A stretch of DNA of 34,487 nt, taken from assembly GCA_000708835.1 (NCBI GenBank), contig DF237720.1, positions 1-34,487 on the forward strand, written 5' to 3'. This document shows positions 9,201 to 20,256 of this stretch, piece after piece (position 1 is the first letter of the stretch; every line of letters begins with the position of its first letter). The position numbers and the translations under genes were made by a program. This DNA is from Klebsormidium nitens. Taxonomy: Eukaryota; Plantae; Klebsormidiophyceae. The notes under the pieces were generated by a model that worked only from the letters and a program-made list of their open reading frames with translations, did no database searches and was not told where the DNA came from.

Positions 9201-12200
9201 GAAGAAGGCCGCCCAGGTAAGAAGACAATACCATCTCGCAAAAGCGTGGCATGTCGTATGGGAGTCCTACTAGACGGGTAGTGTGCGTCGAATCGTTTGA
9301 TCGTTTCTTGTTGGTCCAGAATTATCCACCATTTTGGTCTTGCCGGTTTTTGATTTTTCGGATGCACAGTTCCTGCTTCCTTCTTCAAGAAGCAGAAACT
9401 TCTGTTCCTTTTGGCTAGTCCGTTCGTCAAGGGTCACATCAATATCAAGCGAAACCAGACTGAAAATAAATCTGCCTCACGGGTTCCGCAGATGACTGGT
9501 CATTGTAGGATAGAAAGCGGCACTTTTTTGGCACCTGGCACCAGAACGCATTGAATGGCACAAAGGTTCGCAGAGAAGAAGAATGTACTGCATGTCAGCG
9601 AAAAATTGGGCCATCAGCTGCTCTTAGAAACAAAATCCAAAGAGATTCCAGGCCCGAAGCTTTGCTTTGAAACCAATTATCAAAGTTGACAATTACCTGG
9701 TACACGTAGATGACTGGTCAAACTGGTCGCCAGCTTTTACAACCAGTCGCCCCTTTCCACAGACGATCCGCGCCGTTTTCGGCAACCTCCTTTTCGTTCC
9801 CCCCCCGGACGCCCGCAACGCGAGGGAGTTCCTTTCCCCCGATGACCTCAAGCGCAAGATCATCATAAGCGATGCGCCGGGGGGAAACGCCGGGGCCCCT
9901 CGAAACGTCGGACAGCTGGCAAAGCTCCTGATGGCCATCCACGTCAAGTCAAGGAAGGCTCCGGATGACGACAACAGCGGCAAAGGCGACGTCACGATGA
10001 CGTCGGGCGGGGTTCTGCGGTCCGAGAGTGAGGAGCTCTACGGTGGGAAGAAGAAAAAGAACGGATCGAAAGTTGAGGGAGGGGACTTGGCGGAGGGGGC
10101 TTCGACGAGAGAAAAAAGACATTCGGATGGGCGGGTTTCGCGGAAAGAGGGTTCGACGGGCGAGATCGAGACGCTCACTCCCGAAGAGGAGTTCCGGCGG
10201 CTTTCCCCCGGCAACATTCCGCTGGAGGAGGTTCCGTTGGGCGTGGACCCGCGCGAGCGGCTCGCGGCGTACCACGCCGCGTACGGCGGCCGCGGCGCGG
10301 CCGACGAGGAGAGCCTCCGCAAAATCCGGAAGGAGTTGGAAAAGGAGAGAGCGCGGCTGATGCAGGAGTGGAAGCGGCGGGAACGCTTAGCGCGAAAACC
10401 GGCAGCGAAGCCGGTGGTTCCGCCCGTAAGGAAGCTGCTGACGTCAGCGAGCTCGATCGGACGGAGGAGAGAGGCGCAGGGTTCCGGCGAAAAGATCGAA
10501 CTTTTCGGTGGGGAGGCGGAGCTGGTTAAGAAAGGAAAGGGGAAAGAAGCGGAAGAGCGGAAAGAGGAGACAACGGAAGGCGGAAAGATTTACTCAAAAA
10601 CGTGGCCGCAAGAGCAGCGGGTGAAAGGGGGTTCCGCTTTCGCTTTCGTAGCAGCGGAATTTGCACCGGAAGGTCGGACGCCGGAAGTTGCTGGCAAGAA
10701 TGTTTCAACGATGGAGACGGCTGGCGGTTCCCACCAGCCATCTCAGGCGCCGGCTGAAGAGGGCTCCGTTCTTGCACCGGAAACGGCACCGGAAAGCCGG
10801 AAAACGGAAGAGCCCGCTGGCAAGATTTCGGAAATTGAGGAGGCGCCGTGCGGCACGTGGCCGTGCCGCACGCGCGCGCGCGAGGTGGACGTGCCGCGAG
10901 CGGGCGCGCCGCCGCCCGACGCCGAAGAGACGGCAGGGGAGCAGCTGCTGAAAGACATGGAGGAGGACGAGGCAGAAGGGGAGTCCGCGGCGGAACGCGA
11001 GCGCGAGCGGAATCCGCTGGCGATCCCGATCCCGCACGCGGACGAGCCGGCGCGGCCGATCGAAGAAGACGACTTGGCGCGACTGGTTTACATCCCGAGT
11101 CTGCAGAAAGGGTTTCGGCAGTGGAAGGGTTTGGCCATGGTGAACGCGAGCGAGGCCGCGTTCATGCGCGCGATCGCGGAGCGGCCGCGGTTCGTGGTCT
11201 GGTAAGGATTTCCATCAGGTTTCCAGGTTTGGTCAGCGAGAGGAAGTCTGATGACAGAGGAGCGATTGGACATGTTGAATGCTTCAAAGGCATTGTTGTT
11301 GTTATCTGGTCTTCTAGATTGCTCAGAAAGGTCTGTCACGAGTCGTGGTCATCGTGATGCAAAGAATAGCAAGCAAAGCCCGGTAATCACGTTTTCACCC
11401 GCAATCGATCAGACTCGTCGGTTCTTGTCCTTAAGGTGTCTTTTTTTTTTGTTTTTTCCTTTGACTAAGTCTTTGAAGGTCGTCTTACGTGGTGCGAGAA
11501 CACTTGAGCCATGGACTCGAGACGCTGAACACAACATCATGGGTTGTCGCGGTTGAAGCACCGGGCTGGAACGGAATCAGAACAAATTTGGGGCCTCGAC
11601 TTGCACACCTGGAGACTCTCTAAAAGAAGCTCACGAGTAGTGCTTCGTCTGTGCACAGCTGCACTTTTTGTAAGGGACCAGACACACCCTTAAGCTCGTC
11701 ATAAAACTACGTAGTACTGCCGCTGTCTGTCCGATCATTTAGAGACACAAAACCCTGGGCGCGTCTTGGAGCTTCTTTTAGCAGATCTAAAAGCACTTTC
11801 CATGACGGATCAACGGCTCTCGCCGGTCCCCAGGTACACGCGTCGCAATCTGGGCCGCGTGTACCCGTCCGGGCGCCGCCTCGACTCGTCCAACTTCAAC
11901 CCCATGCTCGCGTGGATCCACGGAGTGCAGATGCCGGCTATGAACATCCAGGTAACGTATCTCTCAGACTCCGTTTGAGTTTACGTGCGTACTTCTTTCT
12001 TGAGGAGAACTCTCGACTGGAATTAAGTGATGTGCCGAGAGACTGGGCGCTCGTATCCCCGTGCAAGGTACACTGGGCAGACCGAAAGGCCCTGTGAAGG
12101 AGATTGTGAACTTGGCGCCTGCCAGAGATGGTCCTCTCGCTTGACATAATCTTATAGCTGCTCTTAAAGTGCTCTACCAGAGGCCAAGATAATCTTTGGT

Positions 12201-13695
12201 AGGTATTTCTTGGCTCCATTTGCAGATTTTTCAGGACAAGCAAAGGCTTCATAACGGTTTGAAACTTGTCCCAAAAAGTTCCGTTCAAGAATAGCGCATA
12301 TTCAATCAACGTCTTCTCAGGTGACAAACAAAGGCCTAAACAAGTCACAAATAAGCAACCCTAAAACCTGAACCATGGCAGACCCCCGGGCGGCCCCTGT
12401 GGCTCCACTTCGGCATGTTCTCCGCAAACGGGGGGACCGGCTACGTGCTGAAGCCAGACGTGATGCTCCCCCCCGAAGGGACGCCGTTGGAGGCCGTTCT
12501 CGATCCGCTAGACGTGCCGCCGCCGTCCAAGGTTCTCACGGTAAGAGCGGACGGAACGACATTCCGCTTGATCTACAAGTAGGAGGCAAAGTACTGGGCC
12601 GGTCACGTTATCCTCGCAGAGCGTGAGCCACGTGACAATTGGTCGATAAAAGGTTGAATTGAAGTTCTGCCTGAAACTATTGGGGTCGATATATTGGGAG
12701 TCAACCGCTGAGCTGGAAGTTTAATTTGGGTTTGGCGATGAATCCGGCTTTTCATTTAGATAGCAGTTGCTCCCCTTCCCCCATCTTGAGCAGGAACAAT
12801 CGAAACTAATTGCGTTTAACCTCTGAACTTCCTTGTAGAAAAGTTCTGCGTCTGACTGCCATGCAGAGAAGGATGAACGTTTGACCCCGTTAGAGAAGTC
12901 CATTTCCGCTACCTTCAAGCAGTAGATCCCGCAATCGCCAACGTCGAGCTTCGCAAACGCTCGGGCGGTCGCTCATGTCAGCGTGCAATTGCTTACCGTA
13001 TCTCGACGTCCGGACAGCTCAATGTGCATTGCAGGTGCAAGTCATTTCGGGCGCCTACTGGGGAAGGATCAGGCCCACCTTCCTAGGATCGTCCTTTCAT
13101 GTCCGGGTGGGTTTACCGAGTACCGTTCACCTTTTTTTTGGGACTGGAATCTTAAGCTCATCTTGTATCCTGGTTTCTTCTCTGCAAAGACGGCGGACCG
13201 GAAGCGTGGAGGGGGCGACTAAGCTGATCCTGAAAGTCAAAAAACTTTATGACAAGCGGATGGGTATAAGTTGAGGATACAGTGACGCTCTGCCTGTAGT
13301 GGTGAAAACATGGGCGGTACCGGTACCCCTTTTCTTTCAAGCTCTGACCAGGTTACTTTTGGCCGCAGGTTCAAGTGGTGGGCGTTCCGGCGGACACCCG
13401 CAAGTTCTGGACCGGAAAGACGCCCGCCTCGCGCGGCCCCTGCTGGGAGGACGCGCGGTTCCGCTTTCCGCTCTCGATGCCGGAACTCGCGCTGCTGTGC
13501 TTCGAGGCGCATGAGGAGTATAAGACGGGCCTCGAGGAGTACTTTGTTGGTCAGACCGTAATCCCAGTCTGGGAGCTTATGTTGGGTTACAGGGTGGTCC
13601 AGCTAAAGACGAAGAAGGGCGAGGTGAAGCGGCACGGGCCGCGGCTGCTGTGCAAGTTCGAGATGACGGACGCGGGCGAAGACTCGTCGTCTTGA
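6260..13695 (+). CDS. PLC: Phosphoinositide-specific phospholipase C (EF-like, X, Y, C2 domains). Exons 6260-7446, 7845-8003, 8531-8674, 9081-9216, 9763-11201, 11834-11951, 12382-12540, 13035-13106, 13369-13695; about 1246 aa. Start codon uncertain (in-frame ATGs at 6260, 6374, 6401)
   Basis: The spliced translation contains QDMTRPLSHYYISSSHNTYL, GCRVIELDLW, IQHT, YPVILTLENH and SPDDLKRKIIIS (X box); RNLGRVYPSGRRLDSSNFNP and GMFSANGGTGYVLKP (Y box); VGVPAD and FPLSMPELALL...FVGQTVIPV (plant-type C2). All introns are GT-AG with consistent phases. Confidence 0.93.
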
Positions 13696-14441
13696 CACGT
13701 TTGTGAATATGGAAGAAAGCTAGCGGGCAGGAGCTTTTCTTCGTATCATCAGACTGGTTACGACTCTAACCCTTGTAAAGCAAAAGCACTTATGGCGCTA
13801 GTTCTGCAGCCGGCTAGGTGGTTGCCTTGTTAAGGAGATGACTTGGGCGTCAATGAGCTGTGATTGCATCGACATTGGCTAAGATGAAGCCTGCACAAGA
13901 TTAAAATACAACATGCAAACCTTAGCCTAAAGACACCTCTTGAAGCCTGCTGCATACTAGGTACACTGCTCAAGGAGCTGGGCGGACTTCCGTAGTACGG
14001 GTTTCGTGTGAGATGTGATGGTGAAGGTTGTCTCCAACTCTACTGTGTTCAAGACACGGTTGATTGGAGCGCTGTAATAAGCCAGTCCGATCCAATTTTG
14101 GGCCTGCCATACATGAATGCCCGACATATACCTATGTGACACATCAACCTCAGTAGCTAGCTCAGAGCCTCTAAGCGGTGTGCTCCGATATGCTCGAGCA
14201 CATCGCTAACATAATGGTGTAATTGCATGGGCCGCCGTTGTCGAGTGATTCTTTTAAGATTCGCGCCTGAAGACAGTGAAAGCCGAGGCGGGGCATGAAT
14301 ATCTGCTATGTAGCACCGCGGCGCCGGAGATTCGCCTATGCGGCCGCGTAAAGTCAAGATTAACGATATTCAGTTCGATCCGGAAGGAGTCTGCAGTTTG
14401 ATCAAACTTATCCGATGTCACCACATGCCTCAGTGCAAGGT

Positions 14442-14573
14442 CGTGACATGATTCGCATGTCACGGTCCTGCAATAACGCGTGGCCAATGACCAGTGACCG
14501 GCCCAGCCCGTTACGTGCATATCAAGCATACCGAACCAGACGTGCAACGTGCCATGTGGCAGGTTCGGTATGC
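14442..14573. repeat. Two short inverted repeats in the PLC/CENP-C convergent spacer
   Basis: cgtgacatg (14442-14450) pairs with catgtcacg (14456-14464), a perfect 9-bp stem. gcataccgaacc (14526-14537) pairs with ggttcggtatgc (14562-14573), perfect 12-bp arms. Function unknown. Confidence 0.7.
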
Positions 14574-15023
14574 ATATTAAACAAGACGAAGTTCGTTCAG
14601 ACCGACTTAAACAGGCGCCACGTTTGTATGAAACAGCAAACCCCGTTCTGCGTTGGGGACACGGCTAACTTCGCCGATCGTTGATGTTGTTTGGACAGGC
14701 GCGTGACTGCATCTTGCGTTCGACCATCAGCACAAATCTGCCGGGAGTCAAGGACAAAGATTGGTTGTATGTTTCAAGTCGAAACAGTTTCAGCCATTGC
14801 CGCCAAACATGCTTTGCCGTCAGCAGGCCGTATCGTACATGTCTGTCCTAGGTTCTTCTTTCGGATCAGGAACGCCTTTATCCTTTCCATCTGCCTATGT
14901 TATCCACCTCAAAACAAGATGCAGACCAGCGACGGGCAAACACTAGAGCTACTGTGTCACTTAGCACGAAACCTTAGTGACGACCAGCGGTTGCCCTAGC
15001 GCTGCTTGTTAGTGTTAAGGCGT

Positions 15024-18000
15024 CTAACCCGAGGTAATGGCGAGAGCCGGACGCTTCGCAGCTGCTCTGATGGATTGCAACTTGACACTTTTTCTGCCGT
15101 CGTTCCTAGGCCAGATGGGGTCCGGCGACAGCAAAACGACCTTCGAGATCGTCGGGAGGCCTGCAAAGGCACGAAAGTTGTGTAAGCGTCTGCGAATACG
15201 CCCAGAAGTTTCCACTATCCGCGTGTCAATTAGTACCTCGCCAATTAGAAAGGGGGGGCTGTCCATTTATGACTTTGCTCGCTAAAAAATGACGACGTCA
15301 AGTCTCCTTCGAGGTCACAATGGAAGGAAAAGACGTATACATTTTGTCTTGTAAGATAACACAGTGCACGCGCGACTGAGATGGGTTGCAAGACTCGAAT
15401 TAGAGCTTCTAAGGACGCGGTCCTTGATTATCGGCCCAGCGTGCGTGTTGAGTGGGAGCGCCGCAAGCCGTGCATATGCTTCCAACCGGGTCCTTGCAGT
15501 CCTGACGGGGAAACCACATCTTGAGTCCCCGCAAAGCGTCATTGTTCCAACCACCACTGGATAAGTACACCAGAATCTCCGCATATCTGCGCGGTCGAAG
15601 AGCGACGCCAGGGCACTCACTGTCGTGCGATCGCTCCCAGTCAAACGACTCGTTCCGCCACCACTCCAACGGACGCTGCCGCGCGCGAGTGCTCCTCCGG
15701 ACCCCGTGGTCGATCGTCAACCCAGCGCCTGGCACAAGTTAAAAGAATGTCTACTTGTCAGTGTTGCTTATTGTTTCCCATACAACCTTCCTCCTTTTAA
15801 TCAGTCTTCTGTTGTCCAGGGAAAGCAGAAATGCGGGCTCGTTTCAGTCTGATAGTATCCTGTTATGGCTCTTATTCTTTCCTGGAACCGTTCTTTCACA
15901 AGAAAGGGTTACATCCGACCTGTCACTCTTGAGATTTCCTACCCAAGGTTCATCTCGTTTCCTGCATACGGGCCTGAAGGCTGCGGCAAGAAAGCATACG
16001 GTCCACTTAACCATAGCCCTTCCTTCTTTCCTTTGTTCTCCCCTCCGGCAAGAACACCGTCCCGGCCTGCCAATTCCAACAGCATTACCCTGCTTGAAGC
16101 CAGTGCAGAATGAGTCTCAAGAACCGAGTTTTAACTCGTAGCGAGCTCATCCAACTCAGGCTTTTCAAACCTTACAGTTGGTCCAGCCGCCTTTTGTTTT
16201 AGCGATCATAGTAGGTGAAGAATCTCAAGATCTGGTGTTAAGTATTGGCCGGCGCTAAGCTCTGTGCTTCACACCAGATCAAACAGTCGGTCGGCTGAGC
16301 AGGGTGGATGGTTCTCAGCACAGATATGCTTCGAGAAGTGCAAACGCACATGTGAGGAGCCTGTAAATATCTAGACTTTTTCCTGAGAGTATGCTCAGTA
16401 CAACAGCTTCTTGCCAGCAGCCTGAATTAAGAACTTCCTGTGGCCGTCTCTGACAATTAGGGCGTGAGCAGGTCCCATCTCATTTGGAAGATTCGGAGGC
16501 ACGAGAGCCACTCACTTGCCAGGCTCTTCCTGCTCTTGACGAGCATTGTTTTTAGCCGGCGGAACTTCTCAACTGGCTTCCGCTCAGCGAAGCGGACAAC
16601 GGCGCGGCTCCCAATGGGGACTTGGGTAGCGGCAGTGGCAGCGTCAGCGGCTTGGCTGGTGGTGGCTTGCTCAACCGGTCTCTCGTCCTGAAGGTGAAAA
16701 ACAGGATGCTCAAAACCGCTCTCAAGTCTATGGATGGCTGATTTTTAAAAGGGAGAGGAATTGTTTCGCTCGAACGAATTGGGGGGAAGTCAGTGTTCTG
16801 CTCTGGGAGCCGAATTCTGGAGCTCTGTCAAAAGCAGTGGTGAATTAGAACCGACAGGGAATCAAATGCAGCAGTCTTGCCTTTTTAACCTCGTTCTGTC
16901 AGCTGCTCCACTGAGCCCCTTCATCTGCCAGATTAGCTGCCGTCTCTAGGAACGATGGTCGGAAAGATGCGTGTACACAGGACAATTTCGCATTCTGGTT
17001 CGTGTTGCTATCAGCCATTTGATTGTAGAATCACTGGCTGTTCAGCCACATTCACCACAGCATCGGACAAATTGACTCACCTCTGCGGGTCCGTCCATCA
17101 CTTCCGGCATCTCCTCCTCCCGCTCTCGCATCTCCCCCTCCGCTGCACTTCCAGATGCCATCTGGCCTGCAACCAGCTCCTCTTCTCTCGAGCCGACCGA
17201 GTTGACCCGCGGGGGGGATCCCTCCAGCGCCGGGAAGTCCACCTCCTCTGCCACCTGTCCAGCTTCTGCCACCTGTACAGCTTCTGACATGTGCACAGCT
17301 GTCGACCTACTGCTGACGGCGGCCCTCTCCTTGAGGATCCGCTCGGCTAGCTTTTTGGCCTGCGCTGATAGGCTGGCGTGAGGTGCGGCGCTGATCTGGG
17401 GGGGTGGGGTCTGGCTCGGGCTGGGGTTTGCTGCGGTTTTGGTTTTGGGAGGGGAAACAGCGGCAGGGGGAGGAACGATTTGGGGCCCTGGCGCGGCTTG
17501 CTTCTCTGGCCATGCGTTGTCGAAGATGGGGTTTGTCTTCCAGGCTGCATCGACTGCAGAGCAGAAAAGAAGGGATGGCAAGCTGAAGCAGTTGTGTTGA
17601 AACTGCACTGGAATGCGAGAGCGCAATCCTGGAAGAAGGTGCAACAAGAACCTTTACATGATATTGCACATCTGTTTCCCCTACTTGTGGAGACGCTTAC
17701 GAGAAGGTCACACATTCACCAAGTGCATACCTGCGAACTCTGCTAACAAGGCCTCCAAAGAGCGAGCTGGACGCAAGCATACACCTAGCATCTGTTCCTC
17801 ACAGAAACATATGGAGAGCGTAAGATGCACACCGATCAGGCTTCTTCATTGCTCGGTGAAAGTGCTACTCACGTTTCACAGCCGCTCTTCGGGCCAAACC
17901 TCCCTCCTCTTCTCCCTGTCTCTGTTTTGGATCACCAGCCATCTCAGCGTTCCTGTCCAGATCCATGCTGTCATCATCTGAGTCTAGCTCCATGTCTTCC

Positions 18001-19481
18001 GCTCCCTCCCCCCTCGACACCCGTGGGCCCCCTGCTGACTGCCTGCGCCGCCGGTTCTCCGCATCCCGCTTTCTCTGAGCAGATCTCTCCGCCTTCTTCC
18101 TGGCGAGCGCCTCGTTCCCCGCCTCCCATTCTGCCTCGCTGTCACTGCCTTCCTGCTGCCGAGAAAGCTGCCTCAAATCGAGGCCAAACGTCCTCTTCAT
18201 TTGGGGAACCCTGCCGGACCCCTCTTTTCGTAAGCCCCTGAGCTTTGCATGGGGCCGAGGCTTGGATAGGTAGAGCGTAAGGGCGTCTGAGTTGGGGGGG
18301 ACGTTTTCCTGCTCGGGTGGCTCCCCTGCAGGGTGAGAGAAGATTCAGAGCCTGAATATTTGCGGAGACGGTCCTTGACAGATTTTAAGGATGTCTTGAA
18401 GCAATCTCTTAAACCACCTGAACCACTCGTGCTACCAGATTGTGCAGTGTGTGAAACTGGTATGGGACTGTTTAATGTGGACAAACGTGCACGCACACCT
18501 TTTTGACACCCTTAGCACACCAAAGACACCAACTCTAGGTAGGCGGCAACTTGTAACCCCTGAAGCTGCTACCGTTGAGTGCATATTGCAAATACAACAG
18601 GATGATGAAGACCTCAGATTCCTGCAATCAATGATTCCATTTCATGAGTCGTCACTTACCAGCCCTCTGCTCCAAGATTGCCGTCATCTGAGTGGGGCCC
18701 CTAGGAAGAGCAGTGGCTATCTGTGGGTTTGCATGCTGCGCAACCCTGCTCAACAGAAGGAGACAGTCTTCAGTTTCCAACCTCAGTAACAAACCGCTGC
18801 TTACGCAGGCGCAATTCTCCAGATTTTGCCCGAAAAACAGCATGCCACAGTTTAACATGACTGATCCCATCATATACTGAGGGAATCATACGAGAGGACC
18901 AACAGGTATGACCAAGAGTAATATCCTAGTCGTGATTGACCATGCTTGCAAGGGACATACGACACTCCTTGCTCTTCAGAAAGAAGGTGCACCTACCTGG
19001 AAGCGTCACTTTGCATGGGTCCCCTTGCAGCGGTTCCCCAGTCAATGCCGCAAAAGCTTTGGTTGCCCTTCTGCAGAGAGTGAATCAAAGGATCAAGGAC
19101 AAACCTACAAACCGGCATTCAATGGTCTGCTGATCGGGAAAGGCAAGGTTTGTACTGCCGACCAAACACTGGGTCAACAACCCCAGTAGGCATCCTTGCC
19201 AATGGCTGTGATGTGTGGGCAATCTGCCAGGGTCCTATCCTGCCCCACAGTCATTTTTGAGCAACGGGGCATGGGTTCTAGTCGGTAATCAGTAGCATCA
19301 ACTGCGGCTCTTGTAGTGCTTTGCTCCTCACCCCTGATTTTAGATACTCATTCAGTCCCATCGTCTCTCCGTCAGCATCTTCCGGTTGAGCCAGCTTCCT
19401 GTAGTGCATTGGCATCAGCTCATTCAGATCATCCTCGTTGCGATCACCGCGATGTGCTTGCGCCTGCATCATCCTTGACAT
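15024..19481 (-). CDS. CENPC: Centromere protein C (CENP-C). Minus-strand exons 19481-19332, 19070-18997, 18745-18660, 18325-17873, 17553-17081, 16687-16516, 15728-15621, 15160-15024; about 550 aa
   Basis: The C-terminus reads KSRKSLASAGLTIDHGVRRSTRARQRPLEWWRNESFDWERSHDSLPTISKVVLLSP. This matches the CENP-C motif and the plant-type flanks (RKSLA...G VRRSTR..RPLEYW..E...HESL.T). The rest is low-complexity, as expected for CENP-C. Eight GT-AG exons stay in frame. The N-terminal exons are less certain. Confidence 0.88.
15649..15705 (-). other. CENP-C motif (CENH3 nucleosome-binding) GVRRSTRARQRPLEWWRNE
   Basis: Direct translation of exon 15728-15621. The invariant Arg and the aromatic pair are present. 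Confidence 0.92.
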
Positions 19482-19923
19482 ATCAAGATTCCTTGAGCTG
19501 TCCAGCAACCGCTAACTCTACCTGTCAGTGTTGCATTTGCTCAACACAGCAGCTCAAGCGCTGTCCTGATGCCGCCTCCGTCAAGCCTAACCCTTGCACT
19601 TACACCAATTCTGTAGACTGCAATTATCTACGTTTGTTTTGATGTGTCAGAGACGACAACCTCTCTGAATGCAGCATTTCACTGGACGTAAAAGTTAGGA
19701 TGCGTCAGACGTTCCCTACGAGAGAAAGCGCTTCGTGACGGTGCAGCAGGGACCACGTCTGCAAGCCCAACTTTCGATTCACAATGAGCCCGCTTTCAAC
19801 TTTCATGCTCCTCCCAAGCCACACTTGCTTGTCTTCGTCTCAGACTCTCACAGCTGTTGAACAATTTCAGTGTGGCTCCTCAAGCAGGTTTTGAATTCGG
19901 AGAGTCTGAAGTCGTTCACTACG

Positions 19924-19987
19924 AACGGCTGAGATCGCGCGATTGGGGAATCGACGGACGACTGTAACAAAGAGTCCTTGCAAACGG
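19924..19987 (+). promoter_or_regulatory. Two AACGG (MSA-core-like) motifs in the divergent CENP-C / F-box promoter
   Basis: AACGG at 19924-19928 and 19983-19987. Pentamers occur often by chance, so support is weak. Confidence 0.2.
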
Positions 19988-20256
19988 TAACCCCCGGTAT
20001 AACTAGGCTGGCGCAGAAACCAGTATGGTGGGCAAGCTCGGAAAGCGCTCAGTGCTCTGCAGTTGGAATTTGCAGAGCTGACTTTCAAATTCGAGAGACT
20101 CTCATGAACCAATCCTCATTGCAAGGGCGCTTGCGTTTCTGCTCTCTTTGTTAGGGCTGTTGCTGAGGTGCTTGATGCTCTTTGGAGGGCAATCCTGGCA
20201 GAGAGACACGACAAGGTAATTAGATCCGCAAAGTGGTACAGGGGAAAAGCGAAACA

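Noticed and set aside
9693-11357. Many overlapping ORFs on both strands over PLC exon 5
   Set aside because: These are expected shadows of a very GC-rich coding exon.
11938-12348. 136-aa antisense ORF in PLC intron 6, considered as part of a nested or interleaved gene
   Set aside because: I found no recognisable domain and could not build a consistent minus-strand exon chain across the PLC introns. A few ORFs of this length are expected by chance in 34 kb.
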